64,000 bases of DNA, from contig JAFRCT010000001.1 of assembly GCA_017404245.1 (NCBI GenBank), forward strand, positions 7,054-71,053, read 5' to 3'. Source of the stretch: Candidatus Saccharimonadota bacterium. GTDB lineage: Bacteria > Patescibacteriota > Saccharimonadia > Saccharimonadales > Saccharimonadaceae. The notes under the pieces were generated by a model. That model worked only from the letters and a program-made list of their open reading frames with translations. It was not told where the DNA came from and ran no database searches. The translations under genes and the position numbers were made by a program. Below, in pieces: positions 47,056-54,696 of this stretch (position 1 is the first letter of the stretch; every line of letters begins with the position of its first letter).

Positions 47056-48516
47056 ATGAAACGCAAAATTATTATTGCGACTCTTTGTTTTTTGGTTACG
47101 GCTGGTTTGTCTTTTGGGGCGTTTAAGCTAAACGAAAATGGGTTCTTTAAGAAATTATTTCATAAACCTGGGGAGCTAATACTTGATGAATCGCTAGATA
47201 CTTTGGAACAGCAAGAGATTCTTGAGCAGTTTGGCGAAACAGAGTTGTGGGAAGACGTTACAGTAAAAAAGATTGATAGCTTTGTGCAGAAAGAAGATAA
47301 AAATTTGTTTTTGAGGAAGATTTTGGTGCCTACGGCAGAGTTTTATAGTTCTGTAGAGAGTATTACCGAGCAGGAACTAGCCGAATGGCGCGCAACGCAA
47401 AACACCAATTTGATAAACGTTAGCGAGCTTGGGGCGGATAAAAAACTACTTAAAGTGGGGGAAGATTATTTTTTGGATACATTTGCGAGCGGTGCAGTTT
47501 TTGAATACTTAGAAGTATCTATTGATAGCGAAGAGGACGTAGGTAAGGTGGAAAATATCTTACGGCCACTTGAAATTGAAAAGTGGACTAAGAATGATGT
47601 GCTGTCCTTTACGCAGACTGGAGTTACGGCAATGAGCCGAAACATGAATGTGGCCGTGCGTGAGGTTGGGGATGGTAAAGAGTTTAGTAGGAACATTCGT
47701 GATTATCTAGGAAAAAGCGATTTGACTCACACCAGTAATGAAAGTAGTTTTTCGGACTGGGCTAGTGGCACGAACATTTGCTCGGATTGGCGTTTTGTGG
47801 ACACTATTCTTGATATTGGGCTTGATATTGTTGAACTTACAGGTAATCACAACCAAGACTGTGGCGACCAAGCAGCACTGGATACCATAGCCAAATACGA
47901 AGAGCTAGGAATAAAGACTGTGGGTGGAGGACGAAATGCCGAAGAGGCGGCTAAACCTTTGGAGATTGACGAAAAAGGCTCAGAAATATTGATGCTGGCC
48001 TACAACCAAAGTACGGGCGGAGCAACCTATGACGGAACTCCTGGGGCTAACCAATACTATGAAGAAGATGCAAGAGCTAGAATTGCGGAAGCTAAAGCGC
48101 AGGGCAAATTAGTGATAGTGGACGTGCAATACTATGAGTGTAGTATGTATGTGAGCGAGGTGGAGGACACTACTTGCGATGCGGCGAATTCTAGCGCAGG
48201 TGACCAAGTTGGGATGTTTAGAGGCTTGATTGATATGGGCGCGGACATTGTAGTGGGTACCAGTGCACACCAGACTCAAACTTTTGAAAAATATGGCAAG
48301 GGATATATATATTATGGTCTTGGGAACTTGTTTTTTGACCAAGCTTGGTGGCCAGGAACTACAAGAAGCTTGGGGCTGACGCATTACATTAAAAATGGTA
48401 AGTTATTGCAGACAAGGCGGTTTGGAACGGTGTACGACTTTAGCTATGCTCCGAGGCTGATGTCTGACGAAGAACTGGCTTTGTTTGTAGAAAGATTAAA
48501 TAATTCACGCCCATAA
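47056..48516 (+). CDS. CapA-family (PGA_cap) metallophosphoesterase, membrane-anchored
   Basis: LTGNHNQD, GADIVVGTSAH and YYGLGNLFFDQ motifs. Confidence 0.85.
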   Translation: MKRKIIIATLCFLVTAGLSFGAFKLNENGFFKKLFHKPGELILDESLDTLEQQEILEQFGETELWEDVTVKKIDSFVQKEDKNLFLRKILVPTAEFYSSVESITEQELAEWRATQNTNLINVSELGADKKLLKVGEDYFLDTFASGAVFEYLEVSIDSEEDVGKVENILRPLEIEKWTKNDVLSFTQTGVTAMSRNMNVAVREVGDGKEFSRNIRDYLGKSDLTHTSNESSFSDWASGTNICSDWRFVDTILDIGLDIVELTGNHNQDCGDQAALDTIAKYEELGIKTVGGGRNAEEAAKPLEIDEKGSEILMLAYNQSTGGATYDGTPGANQYYEEDARARIAEAKAQGKLVIVDVQYYECSMYVSEVEDTTCDAANSSAGDQVGMFRGLIDMGADIVVGTSAHQTQTFEKYGKGYIYYGLGNLFFDQAWWPGTTRSLGLTHYIKNGKLLQTRRFGTVYDFSYAPRLMSDEELALFVERLNNSRP

Positions 48517-48556
48517 AATAATGGGCAAAATACGCCGAACGTGCGATAATAGTAGT

Positions 48557-49570
48557 ATGAATAACGACCCGCTAGTGTACGTGCCTAAAAAGGGGCCAAA
48601 TGCCACTAAAGCTGCAAAACAGAAAAAGAAAGGCAAAATGCCACTTGTGCTGGATATACTTTCGATTATCTTGGTGGCAGGCGCTACGTATGCTATTTTT
48701 AGGTTGACTGCGGTAAAGCCAGAAAATCGTGAAGAGAACAACCCAGCGGTAGTGTCGGATTTGCCATCGGATGAAGATGACTTAGAAAAGCCCGACGAGC
48801 TTGACCTTTCTAATGTAGTTAGAGAATGGGCTAGCCATTATACGTTTGGGCCAGATGCGGGAATTAAAATCTACGATTTGGACAAACAAAGAACAGTCGC
48901 GGAGCTTAATCCATACGAAACTTACAATTCGGAGTCGCTTTATAAGCTTTTTGTGGCGTATAAAGGTTATCAGATGCTAGACACTGGTGAGCTGAGCGCA
49001 GAAACAACCGTAGCTGGGCAGGCTCTTAAGACTTGCCTTGATAGGATGATTAGAGAGAGCTACTCGCCTTGCGCTGAGGCTTTGATAGCCCTAATTGGCG
49101 CTTCTAACCTTGATAATATTATTCGTACCGAATATGGCATCCCTGGCTCTAGCGTAGTTAATTATACGACAAATGCCAGTGATATGGTTGATATGATGCG
49201 CATATATTATGCTCATGATGGTCTTAGCAATGAGAACGTGGCGCAGCTAAAGGACAGCATGCTTAACCAACCAAACAGTAATCCCGAGCTGACCTGTGGT
49301 ACCGAAACATACGGTTGCGCATGGCGTGGGGGGCTGCCTAGTGGGTTTACGAAGGCTAAAGTTTACAACAAGGTTGGCTGGAACTACAACGGCAGTATGT
49401 ATGTATCTTATCATGACGTAGCGATTGTGGAGTTTAGCGAGTTTAACAGACATTTTGCAATTGCTTTGTTAACCAAAAACTTTGCCGATGCTAACGGTTC
49501 AAAAGAGTTTGGCGCTATGGTAGAGGCTGAGCTTTTGCATCTTTTGGAACAAGAAGCAAAAGATAAATAG
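48557..49570 (+). CDS. Membrane-anchored serine hydrolase (class A beta-lactamase/DD-peptidase-like)
   Basis: SxxK (SLYK), ESYS, KVG triad and HDVAIV; N-terminal TM. Confidence 0.8.
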   Translation: MNNDPLVYVPKKGPNATKAAKQKKKGKMPLVLDILSIILVAGATYAIFRLTAVKPENREENNPAVVSDLPSDEDDLEKPDELDLSNVVREWASHYTFGPDAGIKIYDLDKQRTVAELNPYETYNSESLYKLFVAYKGYQMLDTGELSAETTVAGQALKTCLDRMIRESYSPCAEALIALIGASNLDNIIRTEYGIPGSSVVNYTTNASDMVDMMRIYYAHDGLSNENVAQLKDSMLNQPNSNPELTCGTETYGCAWRGGLPSGFTKAKVYNKVGWNYNGSMYVSYHDVAIVEFSEFNRHFAIALLTKNFADANGSKEFGAMVEAELLHLLEQEAKDK

Positions 49571-49575
49571 TGCGA

Positions 49576-50532
49576 CTAATATGTGGAGAAAATTTGCGAC
49601 CAGTAGGTTTTGTACTGGGTGGATGGGTCGAAGATAAAGCCAACGGAGAGGTTGGTAAAATCGGGGTTTAGGATGTTGTCACGGTGGTCGGGGGAGTTGA
49701 GCCAAGCCATAACCACAGTTTCTGGAGAAACGGCGGCGTTCCCAGCCATGAGATTTTCGCCAGCTTTGCCGCCGTCTGGAATGGGACAAGCGGTTTTCCA
49801 TGAGGAGCCGTCGGGACGGGTATGAGAATAGCTTGACATTAACTCGCGCGCGCGGATGGTGGCAGCAGCCTCACAAGTGGTCCCCCACTGAAGCTCGGCA
49901 AGGCCGTTAGAAGTGCGCTCTTTGTTGACAAGCTCTAAGACTTCACGCTTCCATGATTCTATGGGCGGATCGATGACAGTAATGGCGATTTCGTCGTGAC
50001 GTTTGCCATCGTAGGTGCCAGCGGTGATGGTAGTGGTGCCAGGGCCGACAACGACTGGGTAGCGACAAGTTTCGGAAGAGTAGCCGAGCCATGTGCGAGC
50101 CGACGAATAAAAACCAGATATGACGGAGCGGTTGGAAGATTGCCAGTACATGCTGCCGAGGTTGGACAAGTTTCCGCCTACGCACAAGTCGATGTCGGCC
50201 GTGGAATAGATGGTGAGAGAGGTTTCGTTCCAAAGTTCGCTGGCGCTAACTGGTTCGGAAGATATCCAGCCGCTAGCAGAGATTTGATAGGTGGAGCCGT
50301 CGGCGGAGGAAATAGTGCGGCCAACAGACGAATCTTGAGCAGAGCTAAGCATGGCTACTTCTTCGAGCGAATCCGTAACTTCGTCGGTGCGCTCATCGAC
50401 GGCACGAAACTCGAGGTTGCCACCCCAAATGGCCGAAGCAATGAGAATGCCTGCAATTAAAATTGCCACCGCATTAAGTGAGAGCAAAATTGTCATGCGT
50501 GTTTGCTTGAGCATTGCGGCCGCTGCAGCCAT
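49576..50532 (-). CDS. CAP (SCP) domain protein with an Ig-like domain and N-terminal TM
   Basis: WQSSNRSV..PGTTTITA (Big_2-like); LVNKER, SHTRPDG, GENL and WLNSPDHRDNIL motifs. Confidence 0.88.
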   Translation of the reverse strand: MAAAAAMLKQTRMTILLSLNAVAILIAGILIASAIWGGNLEFRAVDERTDEVTDSLEEVAMLSSAQDSSVGRTISSADGSTYQISASGWISSEPVSASELWNETSLTIYSTADIDLCVGGNLSNLGSMYWQSSNRSVISGFYSSARTWLGYSSETCRYPVVVGPGTTTITAGTYDGKRHDEIAITVIDPPIESWKREVLELVNKERTSNGLAELQWGTTCEAAATIRARELMSSYSHTRPDGSSWKTACPIPDGGKAGENLMAGNAAVSPETVVMAWLNSPDHRDNILNPDFTNLSVGFIFDPSTQYKTYWSQIFSTY

Positions 50533-50652
50533 GAACCTCCTTTTTAGAAATTATAGCATAAGTTTAACTTAAACTCTAGGACTTAATTTGTTGTAAACAG
50601 AGGCAACAGATGTTATAATTTGTTCTGCGGGGGAGCACATTAAAAAGGAGGA

Positions 50653-51840
50653 ATGACGATGACAAAAGCTGCTACTTGTTTTGACGTGTCTAACCTTTCG
50701 ACAGAGCAGTTAGTTGATTGGGTAGATTTGGAGATTAAGCTTGGTATGGACTTTGCAAATGGCAAAATCTCGCCTATTTCTAAAATGCCCGCCGAGTATC
50801 CTGCACTTGACCTAGTGCGCCTAGAAGAAGGTGACGAAGGACTTTCTGGCCCTGAACTAAAAAAACAGGTGATGGACAAAGTTGACCGTGCGTTTTTGTA
50901 TCGTACCGATAAGCCCACTAGAGATTCTTTCTTGCACTGTTACAGAAGTTTGTTTTTGAAGTATCTTGAAAACCCTGGGCTGGTTCGCAACTTTAAGTTT
51001 TTCAAGGTGCCCGAGAGTGACGCGATGTTGCTGTTTTATATCAACGTATGGACTGGCAACATGGCTGGCGTAATGGACCTTTTACACCACAATGCGCCAC
51101 ATTTTAGCTACGTTAACCTTGCAGGCGAGATTGCCACGGATTTTGACTCGCGAGATTCTTGGCCGCAAATGAGCATGCATGAAGCCATGAACATTAACGA
51201 GCGCGAAAAGGCCAAGGAAGTTTGCGACGAAATCAACCGTTTAGCAAAATCGCTTGGCCGTCCGCCGAAAGTTACAGCTCTAGGAAGTGGCAATTTTCCC
51301 GAAAGATTCTATGGCTTGCCAGAGACTAAGTTGACGCTGTTTGATAGTTCGCCGACCGTACTTCCCGAATCTAGGTTGTTTTCTGTTGCTACGCCAGCTG
51401 GGCACTTTAACGCAAAAAATCTGGTGTTTTACCACGAAGATTTGTTTGGCGCTTGCTCGCATAGCGAACTGATTAGAACGCAGGATTTAGTAACACTTAG
51501 GGGCGTGTCAATGTATCTTGAGGACAAATCGGTGGCAGATGCGTTGGTGGTGGGCGCGAAGCTACTTTCGCTCAGCCGAGAGATGATGGTGGACTTTCTG
51601 GTGTTAACTAAGTCGATGGTGCGCGTAGGTTTGCAGGGTTGGCCCAAAAAACCAACCGAAATGTTTATCTCTAAAAATGCCGATGAGGCTATCTTGCGTG
51701 CGCAATATGTAATGGGAATTGCGAATATGCTACTTTTTAAGGATGGCCTGAGATTTAGCATTTCCGACATTAAAGTTACTAATCTACCGCCTTGGGGCGT
51801 GCAGAGCGTCAGAGTTAAGTATCTTAAAGAGCCTAAATAA
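50653..51840 (+). CDS. Hypothetical protein with a class I SAM-methyltransferase-like C-terminal half (paralog A)
   Basis: VTALGSGNFPE (motif I-like), LTLFDS and QDLVTLRG. Alternative start at 50659. Confidence 0.55.
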   Translation: MTMTKAATCFDVSNLSTEQLVDWVDLEIKLGMDFANGKISPISKMPAEYPALDLVRLEEGDEGLSGPELKKQVMDKVDRAFLYRTDKPTRDSFLHCYRSLFLKYLENPGLVRNFKFFKVPESDAMLLFYINVWTGNMAGVMDLLHHNAPHFSYVNLAGEIATDFDSRDSWPQMSMHEAMNINEREKAKEVCDEINRLAKSLGRPPKVTALGSGNFPERFYGLPETKLTLFDSSPTVLPESRLFSVATPAGHFNAKNLVFYHEDLFGACSHSELIRTQDLVTLRGVSMYLEDKSVADALVVGAKLLSLSREMMVDFLVLTKSMVRVGLQGWPKKPTEMFISKNADEAILRAQYVMGIANMLLFKDGLRFSISDIKVTNLPPWGVQSVRVKYLKEPK

Positions 51841-51855
51841 TTTCCTCCCCCCATT

Positions 51856-51886
51856 AACCTCGAGCAAAAAGGCTTGAGGTTTTTTT
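51856..51886 (+). terminator. Intrinsic terminator
   Basis: AACCTCGAGC...GCTTGAGGTT followed by a T-tract. Confidence 0.75.
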
Positions 51887-51921
51887 ATGCTTTGGTATAA
51901 TTAAGTTTGTAAGGAGGTTTG

Positions 51922-53271
51922 ATGCAGTTAATTAACATCTTGCTTATTGCCGTTTCTATTTTGACGCTTTTGTCGGGCATTTCGGTTCTTTTGGGGGCGC
52001 GCAAAAACGAGCGTGCAGAAGCAGTGCTGTTTTTCTTGGCAACTTTTTTTGCTCTTGGTTGGGCGGTTTTTGTGGGGGTGTTTTTGAGGTTGGACGAGAA
52101 TGTTAGCCTTGATACTGCTCGCACCATAATATATATATATTATATATGTGCACCTCTAATGTGTTGGGGACTTATGTCTTATGCCTGCTATAGATATAAA
52201 TTTGGCAAGATTTCTATGGGCGTGTTTGGGGCGATTTGTTTGACACTTATTTATTTGATACTTACCAAGGGCGAGCTATTATACGAAAACATTGTACTTT
52301 CTGAGGTAACGGGAAATACAGTAAATTTACAGAATAACTGGTTTAATGTGGTTTATGGAGCGTATCATTTTGCAACGGTTTTGATGTATATGGTTGGGCT
52401 GATTGTAGCAATGACCCATACCAAGAACGAGAATATCAAAAAAGCTAATTTGATGGTTTTGATTGGTTTTGGCGTAACTGGAGCGCTGGCGTTACTCTTT
52501 AATTTTATTTTGCCAGTCATGGGTAAATATGACACGATTTGGATTGGGCCACTGGCGATGAGCTTGGCTTGGGTGTTTCATTATTATGCCATTCTTAGAT
52601 ACAGATTACTGGACCTTGCTGGGGGTTGGCTGAAAGTTCTAAGCTATATTATTATTATGACGCTTGCAGCCATTGTTTACCTCTCGATTTTCTTTGTGAT
52701 TTTTATTTCGCTGTTTAAGGTAAGTAGCCCTAGCATGAACGTGATTGTGCTAAACATTATTATGATTACGGTTGTGATTTTATTGTTCCCAGTGCTGAAC
52801 GAGATTAGTGGATATGTGCGAAGCTTAGTGGATGTGCACAGTGTAGACTTGGTGTATATAGTAAAAAAGTTGAATGCACTTAGTAAAGAATATATAAATT
52901 ACCCTGAGTTGGCGGAGTTTTTGGCACAACATTTGCATTTTCAGTATATTGGGTTAATTGTTAATAACAAACTTTATAGCAGCAAGGCAGTGAAGGTGAG
53001 TAATGCCGAGGTAGATAAAATCAACAAGCTAAAGGCTGGGAAACATGGTGTGTGGGTGGAGATGAATAAGGACGTTAAGGAGCTAGTTAGAAACACTGGG
53101 GCAGAGGGCGTGGCGGTACTGAAAGACAGCCATGGTGAAGAGGTGGGAAAAATACTAATTGGCAGACCACTGGGCGGAATTAATTTTAATAGCAGAGATT
53201 TGGGAGAGATAGAAACAGCACTGACACTGCTGGCGGTGGCGATTAGTAGCGACAAGGGTTTTAGGGAATAA
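51922..53271 (+). CDS. Polytopic membrane protein with a HisKA-7TM-like sensor region and GAF-like C-terminus; no kinase domain
   Basis: About 9 hydrophobic segments and FNFILP...YYAILRYRLLD. The soluble tail ends FNSRDLGEIETALTLLAVAI with no H-box or HATPase motifs. Confidence 0.6.
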   Translation: MQLINILLIAVSILTLLSGISVLLGARKNERAEAVLFFLATFFALGWAVFVGVFLRLDENVSLDTARTIIYIYYICAPLMCWGLMSYACYRYKFGKISMGVFGAICLTLIYLILTKGELLYENIVLSEVTGNTVNLQNNWFNVVYGAYHFATVLMYMVGLIVAMTHTKNENIKKANLMVLIGFGVTGALALLFNFILPVMGKYDTIWIGPLAMSLAWVFHYYAILRYRLLDLAGGWLKVLSYIIIMTLAAIVYLSIFFVIFISLFKVSSPSMNVIVLNIIMITVVILLFPVLNEISGYVRSLVDVHSVDLVYIVKKLNALSKEYINYPELAEFLAQHLHFQYIGLIVNNKLYSSKAVKVSNAEVDKINKLKAGKHGVWVEMNKDVKELVRNTGAEGVAVLKDSHGEEVGKILIGRPLGGINFNSRDLGEIETALTLLAVAISSDKGFRE

Positions 53272-53272
53272 A

Positions 53273-53297
53273 AAGCCCCCTGCAGGGCAGGAGGCTT
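53273..53297. terminator. Hairpin terminator between convergent genes
   Basis: AAGCCCCCTGC-AGG-GCAGGAGGCTT. Confidence 0.7.
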
Positions 53298-53308
53298 AGC
53301 GTGGGGGA

Positions 53309-54385
53309 TTATCTTCTGGTTTTAGACAAGGCAAAACGTACGGCGACGGGCGGAATGTTTTGACTGTCGGGCAAAACTTTTACTCGCTGCTGATTTAAGC
53401 GCATGGCGTTGGTGATGATTTTGACATTGTCGCACACCGAAATGAGATTTTCGCCAATATAAGTGGGGCTAGCATCACGCCGATGAAACAACTGGTAATT
53501 TCGCTCCCACACCCAATGCTTGACTTTAATGTCGAAAGCCAACTGTCCGCCTGGGGCGAGCATTTCGTAGGCCGCCACAATGTAGCGACGCAACTCTTTG
53601 AAGCTGATTGGCATGAGGTCGTTTATGATGACCGTATCATATTCTTTGCGATGGCGCGGGTCGGAAATTACAGATTCGATGTTGTCGGTGGCGTAGTTGA
53701 TGGCAATTTTGTCACTTGCGCCATGGTTTGCGTAGGCGTGCGACAAAACATCGACGCGACTGACGGAGCTATCGGAATCAAATGCCGAAACACGCTGAAC
53801 GCTCGGAACGTTGACATTGGGCTTGGGACTAGGCTTGAAAGTGTACCCTTTAACCAGCGTAAACTCTGGCAGGTACCCAGCGCCTAAGACTGCTACATGC
53901 TCGGAGCTTTGTGCAAGCTTGGAGTTTTCTAGAGTTCGCTCGCGCAAGAAAGCCAGTGCGGGGTCCCTGATGAAGTAGCGAAAAAGTGGGTCGCTTGCGG
54001 AAATCCTTTTGAGATTGCCTGAGAAGTCTGGCGCGAAGCCAAAAGCCACGGCGCTATAGACTGCTTCGGTAAAATGTAAAATCCAGCTGGCGAACAGCTC
54101 GGAGCCTTGTACCTCGTACTCGAAGAAAGAGTACATGCCAGGGTCCTTGAGAAGCTCAGTAAGGAGAGCGGCGTTAGCGCTAATTACGGACGGTTCGGCG
54201 GTGGAGACTTTGGCGAGTTTCGCTACCATAGCATTTACATCCTCGCTCTCGACGAATAGGTTGTAGGGTTCGATTTGGTAGTTGAAGGAACTAGAAACGT
54301 AGGCGCCGCTATTTGAATTTTCGTTTAGAAACGGATACGTTTCGGGAGTAACGTCTTTGTCTTTTGGCCAATTAGGAATATACAC
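53309..54385 (-). CDS. Hypothetical class I SAM-methyltransferase-like protein (paralog B)
   Basis: VAVLGAGYLPE, VSAFDSD, EYDTVII and MLAPGGQLAFD motifs; GTG start with a GGAGG SD. Confidence 0.65.
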   Translation of the reverse strand: MYIPNWPKDKDVTPETYPFLNENSNSGAYVSSSFNYQIEPYNLFVESEDVNAMVAKLAKVSTAEPSVISANAALLTELLKDPGMYSFFEYEVQGSELFASWILHFTEAVYSAVAFGFAPDFSGNLKRISASDPLFRYFIRDPALAFLRERTLENSKLAQSSEHVAVLGAGYLPEFTLVKGYTFKPSPKPNVNVPSVQRVSAFDSDSSVSRVDVLSHAYANHGASDKIAINYATDNIESVISDPRHRKEYDTVIINDLMPISFKELRRYIVAAYEMLAPGGQLAFDIKVKHWVWERNYQLFHRRDASPTYIGENLISVCDNVKIITNAMRLNQQRVKVLPDSQNIPPVAVRFALSKTRR

Positions 54386-54471
54386 TTAAATCCCTCCTTT
54401 TAATGTGCAAAATAGAGGCCTTTTGGACCCCTGCTGATGAATATAATAACACAAAATTACGAACTTGTAAA

Positions 54472-54547
54472 TGGTGGAGTAGAGGAGACTCGAACTCCTC
54501 ACCTCAGCAATGCGAATGCTGCGCTCTACCAGATGAGCTACTACCCC
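54472..54547 (-). tRNA. tRNA-Ala(CGC)
   Basis: GGGGTAG/CTACTCC acceptor stem with G3-U70; CAGCA-TTCGCAT-TGCTG anticodon arm; CCA end. Confidence 0.95.
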
Positions 54548-54696
54548 ACTGAGATTATTTTAGCACAAAAAGCGTATGGTGAGTAGAAGATTTTAAGATA
54601 GATAAAAATAGGTTGGGTTGTGGGCATTAGGAAATGTAGAGGTGACTGGGACACTAAGTTGCGGATGATAGGAACACAGAGCGAAAATTGGAGTTG

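Noticed and set aside
47056-48516. Poly-gamma-glutamate capsule locus
   Set aside because: There is no capB/capC nearby, and solitary CapA-family proteins are widespread.
48557-49570. Beta-lactam resistance gene
   Set aside because: SDN and KTG are altered (SYS, KVG) and the protein is TM-anchored. It is more consistent with a generic serine hydrolase or DD-peptidase.
52129-52147. (AT)6 run in the 7TM gene as a phase-variation tract
   Set aside because: It is short, in frame, and explained by Ile/Tyr codons in a TM helix. Read-level length variation would be needed.
54548-54696. 150-bp gap between tRNA-Ala and glyA as an ncRNA or a 28-codon ORF
   Set aside because: There is no convincing stem-loop or SD, and the small ORF runs through the tRNA promoter into the tRNA.
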